Below, piece after piece: positions 38,013 through 48,456 of a stretch of DNA of 64,000 nt. The notes below the pieces were generated by a model. That model searched no databases. It saw only the letters and a list, made by a program, of their open reading frames with translations, and was not told where the DNA came from. The position numbers and the translations under genes are program-made. The stretch is from an uncultured bacterium (GTDB lineage Bacteria; Margulisbacteria; WOR-1; CAVSGV01), in assembly GCA_963727815.1 (NCBI GenBank), contig CAVSGV010000006.1, positions 170,956-234,955 of the forward strand, in the 5' to 3' direction. Each line of letters begins with the position of its first letter. Positions within the stretch are counted from its first letter, which is position 1.

Positions 38013-39266
38013 ATGGGAAAGACCATAGCAGAGAAGATCCTCTCCAATCATTCCAAAACAGACGCTCATGCCGGCGATATTGTAATCGCTGATATTGATT
38101 TCTGCATGGGACAGGACGGCACCAGCGGCGTCGCCATCGACGTTTTCAACAGGATGGGCGTCGGCAAAGTGAAGGATGCTTCAAAAATTGCGATCATCAT
38201 CGACCACTCGTCCCCTTCCCCCAACGAAGGCGTCTCCGCCATCCACAAGAAGATAAGGGAATTCACGAAGGCGCAGGGCATAAAACTTTTTGATATCGGG
38301 TGCGGCGTCTGCCATCAGCTGATGCCGGAGCAGGGTCTCGTCACTGCGGGCGATCTCGTTATCGGCGCGGATTCTCACACCTGCACTTACGGAGCGATAA
38401 ACGCTTTTTCCACCGGAGTAGGTTCTACCGATTTCGCGGCGACGATGGCTTCCGGAAAGCTATGGTTCAAAGTTCCGCAGTCCGTGAAATATATTTTCAA
38501 CAATAAGCTGCCGAAAGGAAGTTACTCTAAAGACCTGATATTGTACCTCATCGGAAAGATATCTGCTGACGGAGCGACATATCTCTCTGCTGAGTTCATC
38601 GGTCCCGCTATTGAAGCGCTTTCCGTCGATGAGAGATTCACTATCTCGAACATGGCTATAGAGTTCGGCGCCAAGGCGGGGATAATGTGCGCGGACAAGA
38701 AAGTGCTCGATTGGACAAAAAAACATTCAAAAAGACCGGCAAGGCCGATCGAACCCGATTGCGACGCAAAATATCTCAAGGTCCTGGAATTCGATTCATC
38801 AAAGATCGGGCCGATGGTGGCAAAACCTCATCAGGTGGATAATGTAGCGCCCATCGAAGAAGTCGAGGGAACTGTGATCCAGCAAGGTTTCATCGGCACC
38901 TGCACGAACGGAAGAGTGAATGATTTCGAGGTGGCGGCGAAGATATTGAAAGGGAAAAAGATAAATAAGGATACTCGATTGATACTTGCGCCTGCGTCGC
39001 GCGATATTAACACCGAGTTGATTAAAAAAGGTATTTATCAATCGCTTGTCGAATCCGGCGGAACTTTCGTAACTCCCGGCTGCGGACCGTGCGTAGGAAC
39101 TCACAATGGAGTTCCTTCGGATGGCGAGAACGTGATATCAACTGCTAATCGCAACTTCAAAGGCAGGATGGGGAATCCGAACGCTTTTATTTATCTGGGA
39201 AGCCCCGCGACAGTAGCCGCCTCAATGCTCAATGGGAAGATAACGGATCCGAGAAAATATATCTGA
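38013..39266 (+). CDS. leuC: 3-isopropylmalate/homoaconitate dehydratase large subunit (aconitase family, short archaeal-type)
   Basis: GIAHQ-equivalent region and Cys ligands (GTCTNGR, PGCGPCVG). Confidence 0.9.
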   Translation: MGKTIAEKILSNHSKTDAHAGDIVIADIDFCMGQDGTSGVAIDVFNRMGVGKVKDASKIAIIIDHSSPSPNEGVSAIHKKIREFTKAQGIKLFDIGCGVCHQLMPEQGLVTAGDLVIGADSHTCTYGAINAFSTGVGSTDFAATMASGKLWFKVPQSVKYIFNNKLPKGSYSKDLILYLIGKISADGATYLSAEFIGPAIEALSVDERFTISNMAIEFGAKAGIMCADKKVLDWTKKHSKRPARPIEPDCDAKYLKVLEFDSSKIGPMVAKPHQVDNVAPIEEVEGTVIQQGFIGTCTNGRVNDFEVAAKILKGKKINKDTRLILAPASRDINTELIKKGIYQSLVESGGTFVTPGCGPCVGTHNGVPSDGENVISTANRNFKGRMGNPNAFIYLGSPATVAASMLNGKITDPRKYI

Positions 39267-39271
39267 CCCCT

Positions 39272-40153
39272 TCACTTCCCGCCCTGTATCATCGATGCGG
39301 AGATCATCCTGAAATCCTTAAGGCTGAAACTTGCAAATGACTTCTCGAATCCAATAAATAAGGTCCTCTCATTTTCGAATTCCTGGACGGAGGTCACCGG
39401 ATCTGATGCGGCCGCTCTTTCCAAGATATGCTCGTAAACATCCTTTCCCTTCTCGCGCATTGTGATCACAAAGTCATTGAAGAACTCCACGGTCCTGTTC
39501 GATATCTCGTTATCGCCAATTATATAAAGATAAAATACACGCAGAAGCTCAACTCGTTTCTTTGCGTGCTCTTCTTCAACGCTGTCCAGGATAATGCCTA
39601 ACACATTTCCGGATAATTGGATGTCGATCTTACTGCAATTCGCTTTAAGCTTTGCCTTGACCAGGTCGATGAGAACGTTGTCTTTAAGACCCGCCGAGAT
39701 CTTGTCGAGCTTGATGTTCAGCTCTTTTAAGTCCTGATGGGTCCAGTCTCCTCTTTTGCCGTCGCGGTAAGCGTCTTCGTCCCAATTGATGAGCGCTTGC
39801 TTGAACAGTTTCAGCTGATCCGCGAATTTATTCACATCCCCGTCCAAGAGCGAACCGGACATCTCTTTTTGCATCGTGTCGAACACGCCCCATTTTCCAC
39901 CGTTCTCTCCGAGTTCTGCCCTTCCCAGTTTATCGAACAAAGTGCCGAACATTTCCACCATCGCCTTTTTCTCCAGGAAAGCTTTTATCTGTTCCCTCGT
40001 CCCGCCCGCCTTGTAGCGCCAATTAACGATTTTCGCGGCTGAGCCGATGTCCGCCAAGAGATCGTAGATCCCTTTGCCGATAAGACCTTGTCCGGAATAT
40101 GCCCGCACTCCCAGGTCGAAACCGAACGGCTTGCTCTGAATAAAATTGACCAA
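39272..40153 (-). CDS. hypothetical protein HypA (293 aa), third gene of orphan operon
   Basis: Clean ORF with no TM or signal peptide and no recognisable motif. Confidence 0.55.
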   Translation of the reverse strand: MVNFIQSKPFGFDLGVRAYSGQGLIGKGIYDLLADIGSAAKIVNWRYKAGGTREQIKAFLEKKAMVEMFGTLFDKLGRAELGENGGKWGVFDTMQKEMSGSLLDGDVNKFADQLKLFKQALINWDEDAYRDGKRGDWTHQDLKELNIKLDKISAGLKDNVLIDLVKAKLKANCSKIDIQLSGNVLGIILDSVEEEHAKKRVELLRVFYLYIIGDNEISNRTVEFFNDFVITMREKGKDVYEHILERAAASDPVTSVQEFENERTLFIGFEKSFASFSLKDFRMISASMIQGGK

Positions 40154-40184
40154 TGTTATTTCCTCCTGAGAAAAGAACTAAGCC

Positions 40185-41051
40185 TTACTGCTTTTTATGA
40201 TTCACTACCGGGAAACTGTAAGGGTAATAATAAAAACCTTTCTTCGTGTGTACGATGATCTCCCTGGTAGACGGCTTACCAGAAACGCCCAATATCCTAT
40301 CCTCTTTTAATCTGATCCCTTCTCTATAAATGTTCATTATCTGTTCCATGCCGCTCGCCTTGGATATTACCGCTCTTGCAAACGCATCCTTTTCTTCTTG
40401 CTTCAGGTTTGAATTAGTGTCGACCCATTTATTGAAAAATTCGATCGTCATTGCATCAGCTGCCATCCTCGACCTCTGTCTGCCGGTATTTTGAGGCTTA
40501 TCGACAATCTCTTGCTGGTCACCTTCGACGGGGACGGCAGAAGTCTTTTGTCTCTGCGCTGTTTGAACGGTAACGCCTAAAACTTCCTGGTTCAAAATAT
40601 CCCACATCACATCATCGCAGTTTTTTAGAAAGGATTTTCTTATCGCGGCAAGCTTGGGAGATAATTCCTTTTCGTGTATAACCTTGTCGCCCCAATATAA
40701 GCAGAATCTATTGCGATCAAGATTTTCGAACTCTGATAAAAGTTCGCTGATATTTCGATCAACAATTGCATCTTTAATACTCTGAACATATCCTTCATGA
40801 TGTTTAGCAACAAAAATACTTTTAAGGATGTTTTTCAGGTCTCTGGCGATCTGGGCTTTCTGGTCATAATTGAACTGCGCCCTGACATCCATGAATAATT
40901 GCAGAGGCTGCTTATCGCCGGCGACATAACTGCACAGAGCCGACGCCGCCATAAGGAAATGCGAATCCATTTTGTATCTCTGATAAGCTTGAATGAATTC
41001 GGGGCTTTGCGTTATATTCACTGCCGGTCCTTCGCCTATAGCTCCTGTCAT
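40185..41051 (-). CDS. hypothetical protein HypB (288 aa)
   Basis: Clean ORF beginning MTGAIGEGP. No recognisable domain. Confidence 0.55.
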   Translation of the reverse strand: MTGAIGEGPAVNITQSPEFIQAYQRYKMDSHFLMAASALCSYVAGDKQPLQLFMDVRAQFNYDQKAQIARDLKNILKSIFVAKHHEGYVQSIKDAIVDRNISELLSEFENLDRNRFCLYWGDKVIHEKELSPKLAAIRKSFLKNCDDVMWDILNQEVLGVTVQTAQRQKTSAVPVEGDQQEIVDKPQNTGRQRSRMAADAMTIEFFNKWVDTNSNLKQEEKDAFARAVISKASGMEQIMNIYREGIRLKEDRILGVSGKPSTREIIVHTKKGFYYYPYSFPVVNHKKQ

Positions 41052-41088
41052 AATTGATCTCCTTTAAATGAATTACAGGCCATCATTT

Positions 41089-41874
41089 CTATCGATTCTT
41101 TTCGGCCAGCACCGACTTCCAGGCGCCCCACGAAACAGGAAATCTGCCATCTGCATAACCTTTCAGAATGGCGGTCATGCTCTTCGCCGCGTTGATGATC
41201 TTTTCCTTTGATCCCATATCTGTGTTCTTCATGCTTATCAAAAGAGTTAAATTTTTTGCAAGTGACACCGAATTCTCGGTAAGTATCGCCTGTATAATGC
41301 CGGACAGAAAACGTTTCTCGGAGATAGACATCACGCCCTCCCAGCTTAACAGGTCTTGCAGCGCGCTTCTCATTCCCGTTGGAGTGAGATCGGCTTCTTG
41401 ACGGCCATCCTCGTGGATCGGCGCTTCCAGGTAATTATGCGCATTGATCTTCTCTCGCTGTTCCCGCCTGGCGATAATGAGGATCCCCTGCTTAATCAAA
41501 CTATCCCTGTCCAATTTCGGCGCGCGGACCAGGTCGCGGATGAAATTGTTTATCCCGAATGAGCTCATCCCCGTAAAATTAAGGATCATCGTTTCATCGG
41601 CGTTATTTGATAACTTGTTTTTCAGAGCGGCGCCGATCTTGTTTACCGTTTCCTGCGGGACTATGGTCTTATTGAAAAGGTATTGCAATTTGACTGGGTC
41701 GGGACTTGCGCCTGTCTTCAATAGGAACTTTTCTCCGCTTCCGACGAAGCAGACATATTTGCACCGATTTTGAGGGTCGCCGGTGAATATCCTGCTGAAA
41801 TCATTCAGGCCCTTTATCTCAATGCGGACATTGTACCTGTAGAACATCGTTGTAAATATCGAATCGCCGGTCAT
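41089..41874 (-). CDS. hypothetical protein HypC (261 aa)
   Basis: Clean ORF beginning MTGDSIF. No recognisable domain. Confidence 0.55.
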   Translation of the reverse strand: MTGDSIFTTMFYRYNVRIEIKGLNDFSRIFTGDPQNRCKYVCFVGSGEKFLLKTGASPDPVKLQYLFNKTIVPQETVNKIGAALKNKLSNNADETMILNFTGMSSFGINNFIRDLVRAPKLDRDSLIKQGILIIARREQREKINAHNYLEAPIHEDGRQEADLTPTGMRSALQDLLSWEGVMSISEKRFLSGIIQAILTENSVSLAKNLTLLISMKNTDMGSKEKIINAAKSMTAILKGYADGRFPVSWGAWKSVLAEKNR

Positions 41875-42021
41875 TTACCGCCTCCGTCAATAAAAAATCA
41901 GACATCTTTTTATCGTAACGAACGGCGGAAAATTTCATTTTGGATTGAAAATCTCAGAGAGGGTTCCAGTTGAGCGTTTGGTTTTCTTCGTTCCTATGCT
42001 CTATTCACTAGGCTCTATTCT

Positions 42022-43581
42022 CTATTTGTAATAATCCTGCAGCGCCTTGACCCCGTAGCCCTTCTTGATGGCCACTCCGAGGCCGTTCACCGTGGCCTGG
42101 GCCCCGGAAATGGTGGTTATCAATGGTATTGCATGTGCGTAAGCCGCTGCGCGTATGTTGATCTCGTTCTGCTTTGCCACCTTGCCGGAAGGCGTGTTGA
42201 TGATGAGCTGTATCTCGCCATTCCTGATGAGATCGGCGACATCGGGACTTCCCATGCCTATCTTGTGCACGAGCCGGACGTCGATGTCGTTCTTCTTCAG
42301 CATCTCTCCCGTTCCTTCCGTAGCCACTATCTTGAACCCGAGGTCCGCGAGTTTTTTCGCGATGAAGACCACCGATCTCTTGTCCTTGTTCTTTACGGAT
42401 ATGAAGACCGTTCCCTTCAACGGCAGGTTCTGTCCGGCGGCGATCTGGCTCTTCATGAAAGCCGCGCCAAAATTCGTGTCTATACCCATCACTTCTCCGG
42501 TGGATTTCATCTCCGGGCCAAGGACCGGATCCACTCCGGGGAACCTGGCGAACGGGAAAACAGCTTCCTTCACCGAGACATGCTTTGGGATGATCTCTTC
42601 TTTGATCCCGAGTTCGTCGAGAGTTTTTCCGACCATGACCTTTGTCGCCATCTTTGCCCATTGGACGCCGGTGGCTTTTGAAACAAAAGGCACAGTTCGT
42701 GATGCGCGCGGATTGACTTCGAGAACATAGACGATGTCATTTTTGATCGCGAACTGGATGTTCATCAGACCGATGACGTTCAGCTCTTTTGAGAGCGCGT
42801 AAGTGTTCTCGCGTATCTTGTTCAAAAGTTCTTTTGAGAGCGAGAATGTAGGTATGGAGCATGCTGAGTCGCCGGAGTGGATGCCGGCTTCCTCGATGTG
42901 CTCCATTATCCCGCAGACCACTGTTCTTTTTCCGTCGGATATCGCATCAACATCGATCTCGATGGCATCCTCAAGGAATTTGTCGATGAGGACCGGGCGC
43001 TCCGGACTTGCCCATACCGCGGCATCCATGTATTCGGCGAGGTCCTTGTCATCATATACTATCTTCATCGCCCTGCCGCCGAGAACGTATGACGGCCGGA
43101 CAAGGACGGGATAGCTGACTTCATGAGCGACTTTTCTTGCTTCTTCGACCGTGACAGCCGTGCCGGAATCCGGCTGGACCGCGCCTATCTTTTCGATGAG
43201 CTCTTTGAATAGTTTCCTGTCCTCCGCCTTGTCGATGGATTCGGGCGATGTGCCAAGGATCTTCACTCCCGCTCTCATCAGCGGAAGAGCAAGATTCAGC
43301 GGCGTCTGCCCGCCGAACTGGACTATCACGCCGATGGGTTTTTCTTTTTCGATGATGGCAAGGACGTCCTCACGCGTGAGAGGCTCAAAATATAAGCGGT
43401 CGGATGTGTCGTAGTCGGTCGATACCGTCTCGGGGTTGGAATTGACCATTATGGATATGTAGCCTTCTTCGCGAAGAGCATAGGAAGCGTGGACGCAGCA
43501 GTAATCGAATTCGATTCCCTGCCCTATCCTGTTGGGGCCTCCGCCGAGTATGACGACTTTTTGTTTTTGCGAGGAGTTCAT
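42022..43581 (-). CDS. carB: carbamoyl-phosphate synthase large subunit, C-terminal half (split carB: second ATP-grasp + MGS-like domain)
   Basis: [20 protein letters not shown]...second-half ATP-grasp...MGS-like tail. 519 aa, beginning exactly at the canonical domain boundary. Confidence 0.9.
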   Translation of the reverse strand: MNSSQKQKVVILGGGPNRIGQGIEFDYCCVHASYALREEGYISIMVNSNPETVSTDYDTSDRLYFEPLTREDVLAIIEKEKPIGVIVQFGGQTPLNLALPLMRAGVKILGTSPESIDKAEDRKLFKELIEKIGAVQPDSGTAVTVEEARKVAHEVSYPVLVRPSYVLGGRAMKIVYDDKDLAEYMDAAVWASPERPVLIDKFLEDAIEIDVDAISDGKRTVVCGIMEHIEEAGIHSGDSACSIPTFSLSKELLNKIRENTYALSKELNVIGLMNIQFAIKNDIVYVLEVNPRASRTVPFVSKATGVQWAKMATKVMVGKTLDELGIKEEIIPKHVSVKEAVFPFARFPGVDPVLGPEMKSTGEVMGIDTNFGAAFMKSQIAAGQNLPLKGTVFISVKNKDKRSVVFIAKKLADLGFKIVATEGTGEMLKKNDIDVRLVHKIGMGSPDVADLIRNGEIQLIINTPSGKVAKQNEINIRAAAYAHAIPLITTISGAQATVNGLGVAIKKGYGVKALQDYYK

Positions 43582-43650
43582 GCTTTTTGTGATTTTACCT
43601 GAAAATCACTTTAAGCGCAATCTCGCAAAAGGCCAATTTGATCTTTTATA

Positions 43651-44472
43651 TCACATAAATTCCTTCACTGCTGCCGATAATGAAGTGTATAAGAGCAGCA
43701 GCACCGGCACCGATGCGAAGCACACGACTATGAACGGCCCTGTCGGCAGGTCCCAATGATAGCTGAGAGCCAGCGCAACAAAACTGACAATAAAACCAAA
43801 GGCCCATCCGAAGAACAGGCGGGCCTTAATGGTCTTATAGAACAGAGTGCTGACAAGCGACGGGACGATAAGATATGAAAATACCTGCAGAACTCCCGCG
43901 ATGCTCACCGACGACGTTATCACGACGCCGAAGAGGATGTAGAACATAAAGTCCCAGAACATGGTCTTCTCTGCTTTTTTGTTGAACGAAGCTTCGATGA
44001 ACTGCCTCCTGTATACGTAATGGATCACGCCTACGAACGTGTATATATGGCCAGCGGTCCTGAGCACGTCGCCCCATGTCACCCAGAGTATCTGTCCGGC
44101 AAGAAGGTCTTTGACGTATTCCAGGCCGTGCGCCATCTTCTCCGCCAGCACCACGACCGCCGCCGATGAAAGCGCGAACATTATCCCGATGACCGCCTCC
44201 TGAGGAAAAATGCTTTCGTGTCTTCTTGAGAGAGCGAATATCCCGGAGGCGATGAACGTCATGAAGAGCGAGAAAAAGTAAACTGCGGTCGAGTGGGTCT
44301 CAAAGCCAAGTAGCAATCCAAGTGCGATGCCGAATGCCGCGACCTGCGCAAGGCTCAGGTCCACAAAGATTATCCCTCGCTCAAGCACATGAAGCCCCAG
44401 ATAACAGTGTATCCCCGCGAGGATCAGGGACATCACAAAAGGTGCCGCAAGAAAAATAATGGCTTCTCTCAT
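43651..44472 (-). CDS. znuB: zinc/manganese ABC transporter permease (ABC-3 family)
   Basis: 273 aa with 8-9 TM segments and ABC-3 family conservation. Confidence 0.85.
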   Translation of the reverse strand: MREAIIFLAAPFVMSLILAGIHCYLGLHVLERGIIFVDLSLAQVAAFGIALGLLLGFETHSTAVYFFSLFMTFIASGIFALSRRHESIFPQEAVIGIMFALSSAAVVVLAEKMAHGLEYVKDLLAGQILWVTWGDVLRTAGHIYTFVGVIHYVYRRQFIEASFNKKAEKTMFWDFMFYILFGVVITSSVSIAGVLQVFSYLIVPSLVSTLFYKTIKARLFFGWAFGFIVSFVALALSYHWDLPTGPFIVVCFASVPVLLLLYTSLSAAVKEFM

Positions 44473-45374
44473 TTTCCGGCCTCCTCTATAACGGTAACTA
44501 GATGTTCGTACAGGTCGTCGAGCGTTTTGATGGAAGGCTCGCCGCCCACTTCAACGGGTATGGTCACAATCTTGATGCCAGGCACTTCCGTGGCGATCTT
44601 GTCGGCGAAGGATTTGTCATAAAAATTCTCGATCATTACCAGCTTTATATTCTTCTCCTTCACGACGCGTATGACCTCCATTATGTGCTGCGCCGTCGGC
44701 GGAATGCCGGGCTTCGGCTCAAGATTAATGGGATTGTCGATGCCAAACCGGTCCAGGAAATAGTTAAGTGTCTTGTGGTACGTGACCACCTCTGTCACCC
44801 CTGACTTTGCGATCCTTGCCTGCCATAATTTGGTTTTATCCTCGAGCCTTTTCTGAAGTTTGGAAGCATTATCTTTATAGATCGCCGCATGGTCGGGGTC
44901 CATCTCTGCTAAATGGTCCGCGATGCCTACTGCGACCCGGCCTGCTCGTATAGGATCAACCATGAAATGAGGATTGCCGAACGGGTGGACGTCGCCTTCC
45001 GCCCTGGTAACCTTTGTTGTCGGAAGTTCGATCGGCGTAATGAACTGTCCAACTTCAAGATATCCGTCGGTTCCCGGCATTACTTTCGGGTTCCTCGCGC
45101 CCTGGATTATCGGGGGAAGCCATCCTATCTCAAGCTCAAGACCGGTCGAGATCACCAGGTCCGCACGATTGACCTTCACCATGAAAGAAGGTTTGGCTTC
45201 CAGGAAGTGCGGGTCCTGCGTGCCTTTTGCAAGGGATTGTACGGAAACATTGTCACCTCCTATTTCGGAAACGATAACAGCCAGGTCGGGAGTGGTCGTC
45301 ACGACATTGATCTTTGCTTCCGCTTTTGAGACTGCATACAACCATTGATATAAATAAAGCGATCGAAAAAACAT
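44469..45374 (-). CDS. znuA: metal ABC transporter substrate-binding protein (ZnuA/TroA family)
   Basis: KINVVTTTPDL...HPFGNPHFMVDP...TYHKTLNYF. The N-terminus is atypical: a strong AGGAGG ribosome-binding site serves an out-of-frame ATG at 45398, so a start-region indel is possible. Confidence 0.8.
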   Translation of the reverse strand: MFFRSLYLYQWLYAVSKAEAKINVVTTTPDLAVIVSEIGGDNVSVQSLAKGTQDPHFLEAKPSFMVKVNRADLVISTGLELEIGWLPPIIQGARNPKVMPGTDGYLEVGQFITPIELPTTKVTRAEGDVHPFGNPHFMVDPIRAGRVAVGIADHLAEMDPDHAAIYKDNASKLQKRLEDKTKLWQARIAKSGVTEVVTYHKTLNYFLDRFGIDNPINLEPKPGIPPTAQHIMEVIRVVKEKNIKLVMIENFYDKSFADKIATEVPGIKIVTIPVEVGGEPSIKTLDDLYEHLVTVIEEAGK

Positions 45375-45407
45375 TTAATAATATTACTCATATTTTGATG
45401 CCTCCTT

Positions 45408-46475
45408 TTAATACGAATGCGCCGGATGCGCGCCTATTGTGATATTCATCTGAACGGATATTTTATCCTCCGGCGGAGTTGTTCCGTCCTCCAGATGGTC
45501 ATACTGCAGCCTGAATCCAGAGAATTCCGAAAGGTTATAAGCGATAAGGTAGCTCTCCTTTGTCTGCGCCGGAATCTCTCCCTGCGGATTCACGTAATCG
45601 TAGCGGACCTGCGCCCACCACTCTTCCGCGAACTTATACTGGAGCCACGTCGACGCACCGTTAATGACCTCGCCGCTGGGATTCCCGGTTATGTCGCTCG
45701 CGAGATATTCCATAGTGAAAATAAGGGCCCGGTATTTTCCGCCTTCCATCGGCTGCCACTTGAATGTGATGTCGGAACCGTAAACGTGAGTATAGTTGTC
45801 ATAGCTGTTCGCGCCGTAAAGTCCGGTAATGCCCCAGTCCATGGTCAACTCGTCGGAAAGCTCCCAAAGGTTCCTCAGGTGAAGAAGCGCGGGCATGCTG
45901 TTCCTGTTCGGGCTGTTGAAGAGTATCTCATTCTGTCCCTCTAGCATCTGCGCCGTCACCTCGCTGAACCAGTTGACGGGCATCAGCGCCGCTGCGGAAA
46001 CCCCAACTTCGTTCAGGCTGTCACCCACAAGTCGCTGATCGATAAGCGACGCGTCAATGAACGGAAGGGCATGTGTGTGCATCAGGTTCTGCCGGTCCAG
46101 CGATGCCTTGAACTTTCCTATCTTGAAAGTGATATTGGGTAAATTGGTGGTCTCAACGAATACTTCTTCCGGGTCGATCCCGAATTCCGATGTTGGCGAA
46201 CTCTGGCTGACTGACAGAAGAGCGTTCGCACGGAAATACGGGTCAACGTCGGAGAAGAACTGCAGTTCGGCTTCCTGCAGCGAGAATCCGTTAGCTTCCG
46301 TCGGGTAATCGGTCAGATCGTTCCCCCTGTTGCCGGTCTGATAGAGCGTCAGAAAATTCACGGACATATCCGGGTTCGCGTATTTCGAATTTACGTCCGT
46401 TGCGGCTAAAACGTACGGACACGTCACGATGTTCAATAATATAAAGATGCTCGCCAAGAGCAAGATCCTGGACAT
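45408..46475 (-). CDS. putative outer-membrane beta-barrel protein (metal-uptake locus)
   Basis: Signal peptide and alternating amphipathic strands. It sits upstream of znuA in the same operon. Confidence 0.55.
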   Translation of the reverse strand: MSRILLLASIFILLNIVTCPYVLAATDVNSKYANPDMSVNFLTLYQTGNRGNDLTDYPTEANGFSLQEAELQFFSDVDPYFRANALLSVSQSSPTSEFGIDPEEVFVETTNLPNITFKIGKFKASLDRQNLMHTHALPFIDASLIDQRLVGDSLNEVGVSAAALMPVNWFSEVTAQMLEGQNEILFNSPNRNSMPALLHLRNLWELSDELTMDWGITGLYGANSYDNYTHVYGSDITFKWQPMEGGKYRALIFTMEYLASDITGNPSGEVINGASTWLQYKFAEEWWAQVRYDYVNPQGEIPAQTKESYLIAYNLSEFSGFRLQYDHLEDGTTPPEDKISVQMNITIGAHPAHSY

Positions 46476-46514
46476 GGTATGCCTCCTTGTTAGTTGATCA
46501 AAGACTTGGGCAGG

Positions 46515-46796
46515 TCAACTAGACCAAAGGAGGGGAACGGGAGGATAACGAAGGCAGGTCGATGGATACGAATTTATATTTTTCAAAGCTCTGACATAAA
46601 GCAGGAAGAGAAGGAAAATTACGGATACTATGACTGCCTGGCTTGTTTGGCTGTTATGGTCCCAGTTGCAGGCGATGCAATTGTCGTGGTCCGGCTCGTT
46701 GGCAGGATGATCATGCAGGACAGGGCTGAACAGCGCGAAGAACATGTAAGCGCATAAGCATATGATATATATCGATCTGTGTTTAGTTAAATGCAT
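46515..46796 (-). CDS. small His/Cys-rich membrane protein (HDHPANEPDHDNCIACNWDHN)
   Basis: 93 aa with two TM segments flanking a metal-ligand-rich loop. First gene of the znu/OMP operon. Confidence 0.45.
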   Translation of the reverse strand: MHLTKHRSIYIICLCAYMFFALFSPVLHDHPANEPDHDNCIACNWDHNSQTSQAVIVSVIFLLFLLYVRALKNINSYPSTCLRYPPVPLLWSS

Positions 46797-46863
46797 ATTA
46801 AGGTCCTGTAATCCTTCATTATACGGATTGATATTGCCGCAGTCAAATCCAAGGATATCATGC

Positions 46864-46898
46864 TTGACAAGAGTAGCACGTATTGTATAATTCGTGCT
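46864..46898 (+). promoter_or_regulatory. promoter (-35 TTGACA, -10 TATAAT) with overlapping palindromic operator AGCACG-N12-CGTGCT
   Basis: cttgacaagagtagcacgtattgtataattcgtgctatc. It is near-identical in architecture to the cbiM promoter at 47669-47702. Confidence 0.5.
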
Positions 46899-46917
46899 AT
46901 CGCAGAAAGGGGGACAA

Positions 46918-47667
46918 ATGAAACTCAGAAAATTGCTCTACATCGCCGCGCTTTCAGTCCCGTTGTTGCTGCCATCCGCCTCTTTCGCTTGCAGGCCCAT
47001 GGAGACCGAAGATTATGGAGTGAATGCCCTTGGACAATGGAGCATTGAATCAGGAATTGAGATGGTCGCCAACAGGGATGGCTCCGGCATGAACACGTTC
47101 GATGCCTGCCTGCATTACGGCCTTATGGACCGGCTTGAGGTCGCGGTCGAAGCCCCTTATCTGGGTTTGAATTCAGATCATCTTGCCGTTAGCGGTCCGG
47201 CGGACGGCTTCTTTCATGTAAAATACAATTTTCTGACGCTCTCCGACCGGGAAGGCGCGACCTTCAAGCTGTCATACAAGATTAAGAGCGGCGACCAAGA
47301 TAACGGTCTCGGTGCAAATGAGAACGACATCACCACAATGCTGGTCCTCACGAAAGATATCGGCTGGTTTTTCATGCACTTGAACTTTGGATACATATTC
47401 AACGATGTTCCAAGGGGTGAGGAACCTGACGATCAAATAATATATAACGCCGCTGTACAAAAAGAGCTGAATGACCGGCTTGATATCTTTACCGAAATAA
47501 CCTGCCAAATGCCGACCCTTTCGACGGAAGATGCTGACATCGAATATTATTCCGGGATCATTTACGCTATCAACGATTCTTTGACGTGGGACATCGGCAT
47601 TGGAGGTGGTCTTAATAATTCTTCCTGCGATTCAAAGTTCACGACCGGCCTGACAGTTAACTTTTAA
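46918..47667 (+). CDS. putative small outer-membrane beta-barrel (paralog 1)
   Basis: Signal peptide MKLRKLLYIAALSVPLLLPSASFA and a C-terminal aromatic residue. Paralogous to 49214-49962. Confidence 0.55.
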   Translation: MKLRKLLYIAALSVPLLLPSASFACRPMETEDYGVNALGQWSIESGIEMVANRDGSGMNTFDACLHYGLMDRLEVAVEAPYLGLNSDHLAVSGPADGFFHVKYNFLTLSDREGATFKLSYKIKSGDQDNGLGANENDITTMLVLTKDIGWFFMHLNFGYIFNDVPRGEEPDDQIIYNAAVQKELNDRLDIFTEITCQMPTLSTEDADIEYYSGIIYAINDSLTWDIGIGGGLNNSSCDSKFTTGLTVNF

Positions 47668-47668
47668 C

Positions 47669-47702
47669 TTGACTATGGTATCACGCTTGATATAATTCGT
47701 GC
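47669..47702 (+). promoter_or_regulatory. promoter (-35 TTGACT, -10 TATAAT) with operator-like palindrome CACG-N12-CGTG
   Basis: cttgactatggtatcacgcttgatataattcgtgcc upstream of cbiM. Confidence 0.5.
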
Positions 47703-47727
47703 CACCAAAGAAAGGGGAATAAATAAA

Positions 47728-48456
47728 ATGCATATACCGAACGGATTCCTGGACCCAAAAACCTCTGCAGGGGCGGCATTTGTTGCTGCCGGGGTAGTAG
47801 GCTATTGTGCGGCGAAAGTCCGGCAGGCGCTTACAAAGCTCGTACCTGAATCTGTGCTTGCTGGAGCCGGTGATTTCAGCTGCAACATTGCGGATGGATC
47901 AAAAAGGGTTCTGGCAAGTTTCGCAGAAAACCATTTGATGAAAATGGGAGCGATAGCTTCTTTGATTTTTGCGGCGCAGATGTTCAACTTCCCCATCAAC
48001 AACGGCACCAGCGGGCATTTGCTGGGCGGTATTATCGCGGCCATAGCGCTTGGGCCCTTTTCTGGGGTGCTTGTAATATCGGCAGTTCTAATGGTTCAAT
48101 CTCTGTTCTTCGCAGATGGCGGGCTTCTGGCGCTTGGCGCCAACATTGTGAACATGGCCGTGGTCGGCACGCTTATTACATATTATATATATGTGTTCAT
48201 CCATAAGCTTATTAAGAACGAGTTCGGTCTTTACGCGGGGGCCGGCATCGCGGCATTTTTCTCGGTGGTTTTGGCGGCAGCCGTATGCTCCTTTGAGGTA
48301 GCATTCTCCGGGACTATTGAGTTTGGCAAAATTCTTCCTGCGATGTTATCTGTTCACTTTGTGATCGGCATCGCCGAAGGACTGATCACCATTCTGGCAA
48401 TAAACCTGCTTAAAGCGAATGGGTTCGCTTTGGAGGGAGAGGCCAAGCATGAATAA
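47728..48456 (+). CDS. cbiM: nickel/cobalt ECF-type transporter substrate-capture component CbiM/NikM
   Basis: N-terminal MHIPNGFL metal-binding signature and 6-7 TM segments. Confidence 0.85.
   Translation: MHIPNGFLDPKTSAGAAFVAAGVVGYCAAKVRQALTKLVPESVLAGAGDFSCNIADGSKRVLASFAENHLMKMGAIASLIFAAQMFNFPINNGTSGHLLGGIIAAIALGPFSGVLVISAVLMVQSLFFADGGLLALGANIVNMAVVGTLITYYIYVFIHKLIKNEFGLYAGAGIAAFFSVVLAAAVCSFEVAFSGTIEFGKILPAMLSVHFVIGIAEGLITILAINLLKANGFALEGEAKHE

Noticed and set aside
42022-43581. carB 519 aa as a 5'-truncated pseudogene
   Set aside because: It starts at the canonical second-domain boundary with a proper N-terminus, so split carB is the better explanation.
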